Of a stretch of DNA of 53,851 nucleotides, positions 1-9,892 are shown in pieces. The position numbers and the translations under genes are program-made. The notes beneath the pieces were generated by a model. The model had not been told where the DNA came from. It saw only the letters and a list, made by a program, of their open reading frames with translations, and searched no databases. Each line of letters opens with the position of its first letter. The stretch's first letter is position 1. Location of the stretch: positions 892-54,742 of the forward strand of contig MEYF01000018.1 of assembly GCA_001775755.1 (NCBI GenBank), written 5' to 3'. The stretch comes from Candidatus Aminicenantes bacterium RBG_19FT_COMBO_65_30. Its GTDB lineage: Bacteria; Acidobacteriota; Aminicenantia; Aminicenantales; Saccharicenantaceae.

Positions 1-436
1 CCGCTCAGAACCGGGAAAATACCGTGATCAGGACAAGGGCTGTGCCATATACCGTAGCGATGACGAGGTGGGAGACTCTCCCGGCGCGGCCGAACGAACG
101 GCTTGTAGGACTTTTCAATCCGACCGACCAGATAGACAACATGGCCGCGGCCAGCTTGCCGAAAATCCGGAATTTCAGCAGATCGATCATCGTTCCGGCA
201 CTCTATCCTTCCTCAATCCTGTGAACGGATGCTGCCCTTCACAAAGCGGATGATAACGCGGAAGATATTTCATTTCAAACTGGACTTGCGATCCAGTGTG
301 GAGAGATCTTGGGGGCAGGTCAAACGCTTGAAAATCTCACTTCAGAGGTGGTACATTGAGTGGGCCGGATCCGTCTATTTTAGGTGGCCGGGGAAGCCCG
401 GGGCCGGCATCGATTTCTGGTCGGGAGGCATAAGGC

Positions 437-1876
437 ATGGCGAACCGTAAGAGAAAAATGTTATGGATTGCGGGTGGGGTGATCCTGGCCGTCATCGTCT
501 TGGTCATCTTTACTCTCCTTTTCGGCGCCAACATTATCAAATCCCGGATCGAAGCGACCGCATCGAAGGCCCTGGGGATGGATGTCCGTGGCGGCGGCGG
601 AGGAAAAGTCTCTTATTTCCCGGTCTTCAGCGCTTCGCTCGCGGACGTCACCGTCAAGAACGGTGGCTTTGACGTTGCGACCGTGGCGAACGTGAAGATA
701 GGGCTGAAGCTCCTGCCGCTCATCACGGGCAGGGTCAGGATCAGCCGGATGGAGCTCGTCAAACCCGTCATCTCCATCGTCCGGCAGAAAAACGGAAAGC
801 TCAATATCGAAACGCAGAGAGGCAAGCGGCCGGGAAAGCGCGTGGACTTGAAAAAGCTGGCCGTTTCCCAGGGAAGCCTCCTTTATACCAACCTTCAATC
901 CGGCGGGGAAATCGAATGGGAGGGTTTCGATATCATGGTCGGAAATCTTTCTGCCGGGAGGACGGCGGGCGGGGACCTGCTGAAGACCCTGTCATTCACC
1001 GATGATATCCGGTGCCGCATGATCAGGGTCGGGAACTTCACGCTGACCGACCTCGCCATGAAAGTAGCGGGAGGAGAGGGAGTTTTCGATGTCAACCATG
1101 CCAGCAAGCAACTTCTCGGCGGGACGGGGAGCGGAACCCTCCACGCGGACTTCACGGGGACCGAGCCGCATTTCAGGATCATCCTTGCCGTGAGCCGGCT
1201 CAAGCTCCAGGACCTGCTTCAAGAATCCCCGAACGCGAAGAGCATGGAAGGGCTGGCCGACCTTTCCGCGGATTTGACCGCGAAAGGGAAAACCGCCCTC
1301 GAAGTGAAAAGATCCCTCAGCGGCCAGGTTTCCTTGAACGGCGAGAACATCGTTCTCAACAGCGTGGATATCGACGGCTTGATCTCGGCGATCCAACAAA
1401 GCCGGAGGTTCAACCTCGTGGACGTCGGGGCGTTCTTCCTCGCGGGCCCCTTGGGGCCGGTCCTCAACAGAGGATACCGTTTTGCCGACCTTTACCAGGA
1501 ATCCCGAGGGGGGAAAGGGGTCATCGCCAAGCTCGTTTCGGTCTGGAAAGTCGGAAACGGCGTCGCCGAGGCGGTCGATGTCGCCATGGCCACGAAAGAA
1601 CGCAGGATCGCCATGAAGGGCGGGCTGAATTTCCTCGACAACCGCTTTGAGGACGCCGTCGTGGCGGTCGTCGATCAAGACGGCTGCGCGGTCCTCACCC
1701 AAAAAGTCCGCGGACCGTTCGGCAGTCCGGAGATCGGCACAATCAACATCTTGAGGTCGCTCACGAGTCCTGTGATGAGTTTGGTGAAGAAGGCGTTGAA
1801 ATTGTTCGAAAGCGGGCCATGCGACGTGTTCTACTCGGGTTCCGTCGCGCCGCCGGAGCCTGCCAAGCTGCCGTAG
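437..1876 (+). CDS. AsmA family protein (bridge-like lipid transfer protein)
   Basis: N-terminal TM anchor followed by IKSRIEATASKALG and LKLLPLITGRVRISRMELVKPVISIVRQKNGKLN, typical of the AsmA N-terminus; beta-rich body; GGAGG RBS. Confidence 0.85.
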   Translation: MANRKRKMLWIAGGVILAVIVLVIFTLLFGANIIKSRIEATASKALGMDVRGGGGGKVSYFPVFSASLADVTVKNGGFDVATVANVKIGLKLLPLITGRVRISRMELVKPVISIVRQKNGKLNIETQRGKRPGKRVDLKKLAVSQGSLLYTNLQSGGEIEWEGFDIMVGNLSAGRTAGGDLLKTLSFTDDIRCRMIRVGNFTLTDLAMKVAGGEGVFDVNHASKQLLGGTGSGTLHADFTGTEPHFRIILAVSRLKLQDLLQESPNAKSMEGLADLSADLTAKGKTALEVKRSLSGQVSLNGENIVLNSVDIDGLISAIQQSRRFNLVDVGAFFLAGPLGPVLNRGYRFADLYQESRGGKGVIAKLVSVWKVGNGVAEAVDVAMATKERRIAMKGGLNFLDNRFEDAVVAVVDQDGCAVLTQKVRGPFGSPEIGTINILRSLTSPVMSLVKKALKLFESGPCDVFYSGSVAPPEPAKLP

Positions 1877-2043
1877 CCTACTCCGGACGATAATCTCGAT
1901 ATCTCCGATACGCCTAAACCAGCCAAATTCTGACTCCTATCGCCCGTCCATGTCAGGGCACGGGCATTCTGCCGCCCTACCTCGCCGTGAGCATCTCCTT
2001 GTAGGCGGTGTTCTGGGCGTAGATGCCGACGCACTTGGCTCAC

Positions 2044-2850
2044 TCAGGCTTTCACCCGCAGGAGTGCGTAGGAAAAGAAAACCACCACATCCGGCAGGAA
2101 ATGGATGAGCCAGGGCCAGGCGAATCCCCTCGTCTCGAGCATGCTCTTCCCAATCAGCCAAGCCAGGAAGCCGGGCATCAGGACCCCGAGGATACCGGGC
2201 GGCGACCCGTACAGCCAATGGGCCAGTCCGAAGAAGACCGCGGTGAGGAGGAGTGACTGGTTCTTTCCGATGATCTCCGTCAGCGTGGCCAGAGGTCCGG
2301 CGCGAAAATAGACCTCTTCGGTGGAGGCGTTGATCGTGGCGAAGAGCAGAACCGCGGGCAGGAGGGGCAAGGCCTTGACGACAATCGCCGTAGACGGCCC
2401 GATGGCCAGTATCGTCGGCACCAGGACGGCCAGCGCGGCGGCACAGGCGAAGATCCAGCCGAATGTCTTCCATGATTCCCCCGGCTTGATGCCCAGCCAG
2501 CGGACCGGCTCGATCGGCGCGTCCAGCCGGCCCTTGGTCATAAAGAACGCCCGCCGGTCCCGTTTAATGACCCAAAGGATGGCTATGACGGCCAGGGCGA
2601 CACCGATGTCCAAGACGAATTCGGCCATGAAGCCTTGGAAGAAAGAAACCCCGGGCCCGTTGAAGCGTCCCTGGAACCAGGCCGTGCCCCGGATGAGCGC
2701 TTTCAGGCCCAAGGCCAGATAAAAGACGGCCAGGACCACCACCCAGGCCGTGATGATCAGGATCCGGCGCGCGTCCCTGGCTTGGACCGCGTCTTCCTCG
2801 TTTACCGGCCCGCGGCCTTCTCGAGGCTCCGGTAGACCAATTCCAGCCAC
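2044..2850 (-). CDS. CPBP family (CAAX/Abi) intramembrane glutamic endopeptidase; start uncertain, possibly degraded
   Basis: EEVYFR, FFGLAH and IHFLPD motifs with multiple TM helices; the only upstream start overlaps the neighbouring gene. Confidence 0.75.
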   Translation of the reverse strand: MAGIGLPEPREGRGPVNEEDAVQARDARRILIITAWVVVLAVFYLALGLKALIRGTAWFQGRFNGPGVSFFQGFMAEFVLDIGVALAVIAILWVIKRDRRAFFMTKGRLDAPIEPVRWLGIKPGESWKTFGWIFACAAALAVLVPTILAIGPSTAIVVKALPLLPAVLLFATINASTEEVYFRAGPLATLTEIIGKNQSLLLTAVFFGLAHWLYGSPPGILGVLMPGFLAWLIGKSMLETRGFAWPWLIHFLPDVVVFFSYALLRVKA

Positions 2851-3695
2851 TGGGGCGCTTTCATGAATCCGTTAGCCCAGGGCGAAAGACTCTCCGGCAC
2901 GCCCGCGGCCTTGATCTCATCGAGCGTCTTCCCCGCTTTCATCTGTTTTCGGACCAGATCGGCCGAATCGGCGAGCATGCCGCGGAAGGCCTTGAGCTCG
3001 GCGACGCCGGCCAGCGGGCCGTGTCCCGGAATGATCATGCTATCCCCGGGCAGAGAGTCGAGGATGATGTCCAACTGCCGCACCCAACTGTCGATGTCGC
3101 CGCCGTTAGCGACGTCCAGGAACGGGAACATGCCGTTGAAGAACATGTCGCCCATGTGGACGACCTTCAGCCCGTCCAGGAAGACCACGATGTCCCCATC
3201 GGTGTGGGCATGAGGGAAGTGAACCAACCTGATGGTTTCGCCGCCCGCGTACGCGGCCAATCTATCCGAAAAAGTGACGTCGGGCAGGGCGTTCGCCGGC
3301 AGGGCCTTCGTTTGACCCCCCATCAGGGTCTGGTCCTTGGCGAGGAGAGCCCGGACGTTCTCATGGGCGATGATGACCGCGCCGGGCCCCAAGGCCTTGT
3401 TCCCGTCCGTGTGATCGGAGTGCCAGTGCGTGTTCACCAGCACGCGAACCCGGTCGCCTCCGGGGAGGGACTTGACCGCCTCACGGATCGCTCCGGCCAC
3501 GCGCTCGAACATGGCGTCGATCATGATGAGCCCCGTGTCGTCGGCCACGACGCCGATGTTGCCGCCCCCGCCCTGCAGCATGTAGACCGGCCCGGCCACG
3601 GGCACCAGCGTGATCTGGGGCGGATTCTGCTGGGCCGAGAGGAACAAAGCGAGACAGGGGACCAAGAATAAAACGCTCAAGGCTTTTCGTTTCAT
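2802..3695 (-). CDS. Secreted MBL-fold metallo-hydrolase (cyclase-like)
   Basis: THWHSDHTDGN, AHTDGD, GD and IPGHG motifs; signal peptide MKRKALSVLFLVPCLALFLSA; AAGGAAGG RBS. Confidence 0.9.
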   Translation of the reverse strand: MKRKALSVLFLVPCLALFLSAQQNPPQITLVPVAGPVYMLQGGGGNIGVVADDTGLIMIDAMFERVAGAIREAVKSLPGGDRVRVLVNTHWHSDHTDGNKALGPGAVIIAHENVRALLAKDQTLMGGQTKALPANALPDVTFSDRLAAYAGGETIRLVHFPHAHTDGDIVVFLDGLKVVHMGDMFFNGMFPFLDVANGGDIDSWVRQLDIILDSLPGDSMIIPGHGPLAGVAELKAFRGMLADSADLVRKQMKAGKTLDEIKAAGVPESLSPWANGFMKAPQWLELVYRSLEKAAGR

Positions 3696-3730
3696 ATCAA
3701 ACCTTCCTTTCGACGACGCGATTACGATGA

Positions 3731-4591
3731 TCACGGGCCGGCGCCGATCGCGTTTTTAAGCGCCTGGAGGTTCGCCGCCGCGACCCGTTCCCCCCTCATG
3801 GTGATCCTCCGGGTGTCGGAAAAATCGAGGATCCCCAAGTCGACGGGGACCCGAAGGACGAAATCGGCCCGGCGCGCCCTCTCTTCATAGGCCGCGGCCC
3901 AGGCCACGTCGATCATCCTCTGGACGACCTGGAACGTGTTCTTGATCCTTTCCGGAGGCATCTTCTTGAGAGGCCGATGGATATCCACCAGGACCGTGAC
4001 CTCGGCTCCCGCCGCCTTGGCGGCTTCGACCGGCGCGCTGTTGAGGACCCCGCCATCGAGCAGGAGCTTCCCCTTCATTCGGACCGGGGCGAAGACGAGC
4101 GGCAGGGATATCGTCGCCCGGAGAGCCTTGGTGAGTTTACCCTCGGTGAACACGACTTCCTTGCCGGACACCAGGTCGACGGCGTTGCATACGAACTTGA
4201 TGGGCAGGTCTTCGATGCGGACGTCGCCGACGCAGCTCTTCAAGTAGGCCTCGATCGCGTCTTCCTTGTCGAGACCCATCTTGCCGAAGAACCTGTTTTT
4301 ATAGTCCGAGATCATCACGTATTCGAAAAGGTTCTTCGGGCGTTTGAAAAGCTTGGCGCGGGCCGGCTTGTCGGAGTAGCTCGTCAAGTTCAGGCCGCCC
4401 AGCATCTCCGTCATCTTGGCCCCCGTCAGGCCGGCCGCGTAGAGCCCCCCGACGATCGCCCCCATGGACGTCCCGGCGACGATGTCCGGGACGAGCCCGT
4501 TTTTCTCGAGGACGCGGAGGACGCCGACGTGGGCCAGCCCCCGGGCGCCGCCGCCCATGAGGACCAGGGCCCAGATCTTATCGGCTTTCAT
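3731..4591 (-). CDS. Patatin-like phospholipase
   Basis: GGGARG, GTSMG and DGG motifs; start reassigned to MKADK. Confidence 0.92.
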   Translation of the reverse strand: MKADKIWALVLMGGGARGLAHVGVLRVLEKNGLVPDIVAGTSMGAIVGGLYAAGLTGAKMTEMLGGLNLTSYSDKPARAKLFKRPKNLFEYVMISDYKNRFFGKMGLDKEDAIEAYLKSCVGDVRIEDLPIKFVCNAVDLVSGKEVVFTEGKLTKALRATISLPLVFAPVRMKGKLLLDGGVLNSAPVEAAKAAGAEVTVLVDIHRPLKKMPPERIKNTFQVVQRMIDVAWAAAYEERARRADFVLRVPVDLGILDFSDTRRITMRGERVAAANLQALKNAIGAGP

Positions 4592-4760
4592 GATGGGCGC
4601 CCAAAGGATAACACCGCGCCGGAGGCCCGTCAACGGAGGCGGTTTTTGGGGGGGGTGGGAAATCACCGTCCGAATCACCCCTCGAGGCGATTGCGCCTGT
4701 CCGGTCCTCATAGCACGATCATACGCGAAGAATGATAAACGCTCTCCGCAGGAGCCAGAC

Positions 4761-5123
4761 ATGTTCGAAAGACGCAAGAGACACCGGTTCATCGACCAGA
4801 ACGAAGTCCTCGTCCGAACGTCCGTGGACAAATACCAGGGCCCGGGCATCGCCGCCCACACGTACGACCTGTCCACGGGCGGGGCGAGGATCATCACCTC
4901 GAAAAGCTACGCCGTTGGGACCGTCATCAGGGTCCGGCTCAACCTGGCCGAGACGGACCAGTTCGTCAACCTCGACGGGGAAGTCAAATGGCTCAAGCCC
5001 AGGGAGAACGAGGACCTCTACGAGATCGGGGTCGAGTTCCAGCGTCTGACGTCTCAGGCCGTGCTTACGCTGATCCGGCATCTCTACGGCCGGCACGAAG
5101 GCATCCCGACGACGGTCGCCTAG
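4761..5123 (+). CDS. Stand-alone PilZ domain protein (c-di-GMP receptor)
   Basis: Arg-rich N-terminal motif (RRKRHRF) and DLSTGG (D/NxSxxG); EIGVEF C-terminal strand; AGGAG RBS. Confidence 0.85.
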   Translation: MFERRKRHRFIDQNEVLVRTSVDKYQGPGIAAHTYDLSTGGARIITSKSYAVGTVIRVRLNLAETDQFVNLDGEVKWLKPRENEDLYEIGVEFQRLTSQAVLTLIRHLYGRHEGIPTTVA

Positions 5124-6239
5124 CTATTTCCCGCCGGCGAGATAAAATCCCGCGATCTTGAGCGCGAGCGCCGTGGCGTCGACGTCGGCGCGGTTGCAAA
5201 GGACGATCACCGTGAGCCCGTCGGCCGTGAAACGCTGGATGGCCGTCCGGAAGCCGATCGTCTCGCCGTAGTGCCACATCCGGGCGCGCCCCTTCCACGG
5301 ATCCAGGAACCAGCCGAAGCCGTACTCCGCCGGCTTCCCGTCAGGCCCGGTCGGCCCCTTGCCGGGGACTCGCACGGGGGTCAGCGCGGGCTTCATCTCC
5401 GCTTCGGTGAGCAGGATGCGCCGGCGCAGGGCCTCGTCCCAGAGGGATAGATTATAGAGGGACGAATACACGCCGCCGTCCCCCAGGGTCGCCGACGTCG
5501 GGCTCTGGTCGGTGAAACGCCACCGGCCGCCGTCCTTTGTATAGCCGAAGGCCCGGTCCGCGACGCTGTTCCCGCCGCGGACGAAAGCCACGGTGCCCCT
5601 CATTTTCAAGGGTACGAAGATGCGTTCCCGGAGGAACGAAGGGAAGGACGATCCCGAAGCCTTGGCCACGATGAGGCCAAGGAGGACGTACCCCGAGTTG
5701 CTATATCTCCAGAGCGATCCCGGCACGAACCACCCGGCGTTCTGTCGCTTCAGGAGGTCGAGGACACCGGCGTCGTCGATCTGGCTATCCTCCGCGGGCT
5801 TCGAGGGATCGGCGGACGGCATCGAGTCCTCGTAGTCGGGCAGACCCGACGTATGGTCGAGGAGATGGCGCACGGTGATGGCCCGGCCGTAATCGGGAAA
5901 ATCGGGGAGAAGGTCGGTCAGGCGGTCCTCGTAGTGGAGCTTGCCGTCGCGGACGAGCAGCATGACGGCCGCGGCCGTGAATTGCTTCGTGAGCGAGGCC
6001 AAGCGGAAGTTCGTCCGGCCGTCGATGGGGCGCATGGCCTGGAGGTCGGCGACCCCGCGGGTCCCGAGATAGATGACCTCCCCATCCTTCAGCACCATGA
6101 CCGCCGCGCCGGGCTCCCGCTCAGAGCCGATGCCCCTGAGGAGCGCGTCGACGAGCTTCGCCGGCTTGTCCGCGCCTCCGGCCGGCCGGCTCACGGCAAG
6201 GAGCGGCAGGGCGAGGCCGAGGATCACGGCCGTCTTCAT
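5124..6239 (-). CDS. Serine hydrolase, class C beta-lactamase/AmpC-like family, secreted
   Basis: SLTK (SxxK), LLDHTSGL, YSN and HYG motifs; signal peptide; alternative start at 6263. Confidence 0.9.
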   Translation of the reverse strand: MKTAVILGLALPLLAVSRPAGGADKPAKLVDALLRGIGSEREPGAAVMVLKDGEVIYLGTRGVADLQAMRPIDGRTNFRLASLTKQFTAAAVMLLVRDGKLHYEDRLTDLLPDFPDYGRAITVRHLLDHTSGLPDYEDSMPSADPSKPAEDSQIDDAGVLDLLKRQNAGWFVPGSLWRYSNSGYVLLGLIVAKASGSSFPSFLRERIFVPLKMRGTVAFVRGGNSVADRAFGYTKDGGRWRFTDQSPTSATLGDGGVYSSLYNLSLWDEALRRRILLTEAEMKPALTPVRVPGKGPTGPDGKPAEYGFGWFLDPWKGRARMWHYGETIGFRTAIQRFTADGLTVIVLCNRADVDATALALKIAGFYLAGGK

Positions 6240-6364
6240 GACCGGTCCCAAGGGAATTCCCATTTCCAGCGCATCGTAATCCAAGAGCCGGGGAGATTTC
6301 AAGGCTCGGGAAAATAGCCGTTTGCGCGCTGCCCCGTGTCGGCTTAAAATAGGGGAGGACACCC

Positions 6365-7291
6365 GTGCCGGCCATGAATAGACGCGTCGCGCTTCATCTC
6401 ATCACCGGCCTGGCCGTTGCCCTCGTCCTCGCGGCCGCCGTCACGCCGGCCGTGCTCGCGGCCTCGCCCCAAGACCCGGCCGGCCCCGGGGAAAAACCGT
6501 CCCACTTCACCCGGCTCTGGGACCTGGACGAGGAGAACCGCCGCGACAGGTTCGCGTTCACTCCCTACCGGTCCAACTATATCCTGGTCTTTTCCACCAA
6601 CAGCTCGCCCAATATCGAAGTCTTCCGGGACGTCGATCCGGGCAGGACGCTCATGAAATCGGAAACCGCGTTCCAGCTGAGCATCAAGGCGAAGCTTTGG
6701 CAGGACGTTCTCGGCCGGAAGATGGACCTGTGGCTCGGCTACACGCAGATGTCTTTCTGGCAGCTCTACAACGTCGCTGAATCCTCCCCCTTCCGGGAAA
6801 CGGACCATGAACCGGAGCTCATTCTCAATATCCGGACCCGTTTTCGCTTCATGGGGCTCGCGGGCCGCTTCGTCCAAATCGGCCTGAACCACCAGTCCAA
6901 CGGCCTGGCCCAGCCCCTGTCGAGGAACTGGAACCGCGTCGTGGCCAGCGTCGGCCTGGAGAGGGGGCCTCTCTCTTTCCTCGTGACCGGCTGGGTCCGC
7001 GTTTTCTACAATCCCGAGGCCAACGAGAACCCCGGGATCTCGAGATACCTCGGCTACGGCCAGGTCCAGGCTTACTATTTCCTCAGGAGGCACAGGTTCG
7101 GGATCAAGCTCCGCGACAACCTGAATTTTCGTTTCAATCGGGCCGCCCTGCAGGCCGATTGGAGCTTTCCGCTGTTCGCGCAGGTCGGCGCGCTCGTCCA
7201 GTGTTATTTCGGGTACGGCGAGAGCCTTCTCGACTTCGACCACCGGGTGAGCCGGATCGGTGTCGGCATCGTCCTGGCCGACTGGTATTGA
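6365..7291 (+). CDS. pldA: Outer membrane phospholipase A (OMPLA)
   Basis: YTQMSFWQ, SSPFRETDHEPE, HQSNG...SRNWNR and GYGESLLD motifs. Confidence 0.92.
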   Translation: MPAMNRRVALHLITGLAVALVLAAAVTPAVLAASPQDPAGPGEKPSHFTRLWDLDEENRRDRFAFTPYRSNYILVFSTNSSPNIEVFRDVDPGRTLMKSETAFQLSIKAKLWQDVLGRKMDLWLGYTQMSFWQLYNVAESSPFRETDHEPELILNIRTRFRFMGLAGRFVQIGLNHQSNGLAQPLSRNWNRVVASVGLERGPLSFLVTGWVRVFYNPEANENPGISRYLGYGQVQAYYFLRRHRFGIKLRDNLNFRFNRAALQADWSFPLFAQVGALVQCYFGYGESLLDFDHRVSRIGVGIVLADWY

Positions 7292-7336
7292 CGCCCGTCG
7301 CCCGACGTTGGAGGGCTTTGCCGGCGGCGAGGAGGG

Positions 7337-9463
7337 TCAGATCCGGAGCAGGTAGGACACCTTCAGGGTGATGGAGTAGCCGCCCACCCGGCCGAGGAGC
7401 TCGTTCCGCTCACTCTTCTTGAATGAGAGCTGGACAATGTTCCCGGCCCCGAAGTAATAGCCGACGAGGAAATCGAGGCTGTACTGGTTCTCCCTGGTCT
7501 CCCCGAGGAAGCGGGTGTTGAGGAAGAGGCTCCGGGTGAGCTGGTAGTGGAGCGCCGTCTCGTAGGCGAGGCCGTTGAAGGCTTCCGCCCCGGTGCCGTC
7601 GATCGTCTGGCGGATCCAATCGCCCTCGATCGACCATTCGAGATTGCTCCGGGGCCGCAGGACCAGCTGGCCCTCGACGCTCGTCTGGGTGCCGGGGACG
7701 ACGGCGGTGAACTCCTCGTTGTAGACGCCGCGCTTGTCCCAGCCGCCCTCGACGCTGATCTCCTTCAGGAAGCCGCCGCGCTCCCAGCTGAAGTCCAGGT
7801 TGCCGCCGTAGGTCTTGATGTAGTCCGGGGTCCAGACGAGCTCGTCGGCGACGTCGAGGACCTGGTACTTGCTCCGGCCGAGGTCGAAGCCGCCGTGGAC
7901 TTCGATCCGGTTGAACAGGTCGGAGAAGAACATCACCTCCATGCCTTCGCCGGTGGCGTTGCCGTGGGAATCCTGGCGCAGCTCGCCGCCGACATCGAAG
8001 CTGAAGCGCTTGAAAAGACCCTTGTTGTAGCGCCAGGCGTACCCGGCCATGAGGTCGAAGGACTGGACGTCGACCTGATCGATGTAGCCGGTCCGGATGT
8101 CGACGTTGTCCTCGATCCTCTGGAAGCCCGACATGATCTGCAGGCCGGCGTCCGGCTCTCTTTGGAACTGGATCTGGTGGATGCCGTTCCGCGCGCCGGC
8201 GACTCCCTCGTTGAAGGTGAGGGCGCTCATCCCCTGGATGTAGTAGAAATCCTTGAAGTTGAAATTGAAGTCGACGGCGACGTTCTGGTTGCGGTCGGCG
8301 CCGTCATGGATCCCGGCGTAATAAACCCCGACCTGGGAGTTCTTGAAGATGTCCTTCTGGACGCGGAAGACGCCGAAGAAGGAGTCGCCCGCGTCCTCCT
8401 TGTTGAGCGCGCCGAGGATGCCGAAGCCGAATCCGCCTGTCTTGCCGGAGATCTTGGCCGCGATCTTTGGGTTGCGGACGCGCCGGGAGTAGAAGAGGCT
8501 GATCCCGCCGCCGTGGTATTCGTCCCCCGTGGACAGGCTGAAGTAGCGGCTGCCCTCGGTGAAGAAGGGGCGGTTCTCCTCGAGATAGTTCTCGTAGGGG
8601 GAGAGCTGGTAGATGAAGGGATCGGATTCGACCTCGCTGAAGTCGGGGCTGGCCGTGACGTCGAGGTAGAGGTTGGGCTTGATGCCCCACTTGGCGTCGA
8701 GGCCGACCGCGGCCTTCGTGTCGGTCTCGTCCTCCCATTTCGACGTCCGGACGCCCGCGTAGGGGAAGAATTCGAGGTTGTAGCCGGGCCGGAGGCCGGT
8801 CAGGCCGCAAAGCTCGCCGCTCTGCTGGAGCTTGGGCAGGTCGCGGTCGACGTCGGTCCAGTAGTCCGTTTCGTTGAGCCGGTGGATATACCTTTCGAAA
8901 TTGACGCCCCAGACTTCGAGCTTCCGTGCGGAAAACCGCAGGGATTTGAAGGGAATGGCCATCTCCGCGCTCCAGCCGTCCGGGCGCATGGCCGCTTCGG
9001 ACTTCCAGATCGTTTCCACGGAGTTCTTCTGGATGCCCTTGGGGTTCAGGGAGAAGGTGATGCTCGTCCGCTTGTCGTTGTAGGCGTCGAGGATGAGGGT
9101 GATCGAATCGTTGTTCTCGAACTCGTTGCGCGGCGTCAGCTCGGCCCAGATCTTGTCCGGCTGGGAGTCCTTCATCAGGAAGGCGAAATAGAGGTAGTCC
9201 TGGTCGAAGGCGGCCCAAACGAGGGTCTCCTCGGAGGCCTTGGCGCCGTTGATGGGGTCGTACTGGAAAAATCCCGAGACGGGCTCCACGCCCTGCCAGC
9301 AGGCGTCGTCGACGAGGCCGTCGATCTTAGGGGGGGCGGTAACGATGCAGCTGACGGTCTGCCTCTTGGCCGGCTCTTGGGCATCGAGGGGGAGGACGAG
9401 ACCGGCGAGAACGGCCAAGGCGCCCATCCAGGCGAGGGGACGGTGTCGATATCGCGGCATCAT
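7337..9463 (-). CDS. CBM9-like domain plus DUF5916 beta-barrel protein
   Basis: PKIDGLVDDACW and GWSAEMAIPFKSLRF (CBM9-like); PDFSEVESD and ENRPFFTEG (DUF5916-type); terminal LKVSYLLRI strand. Confidence 0.8.
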   Translation of the reverse strand: MMPRYRHRPLAWMGALAVLAGLVLPLDAQEPAKRQTVSCIVTAPPKIDGLVDDACWQGVEPVSGFFQYDPINGAKASEETLVWAAFDQDYLYFAFLMKDSQPDKIWAELTPRNEFENNDSITLILDAYNDKRTSITFSLNPKGIQKNSVETIWKSEAAMRPDGWSAEMAIPFKSLRFSARKLEVWGVNFERYIHRLNETDYWTDVDRDLPKLQQSGELCGLTGLRPGYNLEFFPYAGVRTSKWEDETDTKAAVGLDAKWGIKPNLYLDVTASPDFSEVESDPFIYQLSPYENYLEENRPFFTEGSRYFSLSTGDEYHGGGISLFYSRRVRNPKIAAKISGKTGGFGFGILGALNKEDAGDSFFGVFRVQKDIFKNSQVGVYYAGIHDGADRNQNVAVDFNFNFKDFYYIQGMSALTFNEGVAGARNGIHQIQFQREPDAGLQIMSGFQRIEDNVDIRTGYIDQVDVQSFDLMAGYAWRYNKGLFKRFSFDVGGELRQDSHGNATGEGMEVMFFSDLFNRIEVHGGFDLGRSKYQVLDVADELVWTPDYIKTYGGNLDFSWERGGFLKEISVEGGWDKRGVYNEEFTAVVPGTQTSVEGQLVLRPRSNLEWSIEGDWIRQTIDGTGAEAFNGLAYETALHYQLTRSLFLNTRFLGETRENQYSLDFLVGYYFGAGNIVQLSFKKSERNELLGRVGGYSITLKVSYLLRI

Positions 9464-9530
9464 GCGGACTCCTGGATACGAAAAATCACCATCCCTTTTG
9501 ACGGGAAGGAGCGGATTTTCTTCCCGAACG

Positions 9531-9878
9531 CTAGAAAAGGAATCCCCCGCCGCGGTTCTTCATGGCCAGGGCGGCCATCCGGATGATCATGAAAATGATG
9601 CCGCCTCCGAGAGCGGCGGCGTAGAGGGTCAGGAGTGCGGCGTTCAAGCGGGGGAGTTTCTTCGAATAGACCCAGGGGTAGATCAGGTCGAAAAGGGTCT
9701 TGCCGAAGAAGATGATCAGGAGAGTGAGCCCGAGGGCGGACCGGTAGAGGTACGACTTGACGTTCGACATGTCGACCCGGTCAAGGTTGATCAGAGGATA
9801 GAGAAGCCAGGCCGCGAGGACCCAGAGGCCGAGAGTCAAGCCGATGACCCAGCCTCGGTCCCGCGCCGTCTTAGGCAT
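9531..9878 (-). CDS. Hypothetical small membrane protein (about 3 TM)
   Basis: 115-aa hydrophobic ORF in operon position between esterase and DUF5916 genes. Confidence 0.7.
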   Translation of the reverse strand: MPKTARDRGWVIGLTLGLWVLAAWLLYPLINLDRVDMSNVKSYLYRSALGLTLLIIFFGKTLFDLIYPWVYSKKLPRLNAALLTLYAAALGGGIIFMIIRMAALAMKNRGGGFLF

Positions 9879-9892
9879 GCCTGCCCTATTTC

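Noticed and set aside
5-190. 61-aa hydrophobic minus-strand ORF at the window edge
   Set aside because: No recognisable motif and poor RBS spacing; could be a gene remnant but cannot be supported.
1955-1980. GTAG-type REP-like hairpin (minus strand GTAGGGCGGCAGAATGCCCGTGCCCT)
   Set aside because: Single imperfect copy in the window; insufficient to call.
5124-6239. Antibiotic-resistance calls for the serine hydrolase, the MBL-fold gene and VanZ
   Set aside because: These are broad superfamily members in a chromosomal context; motifs do not establish resistance function.
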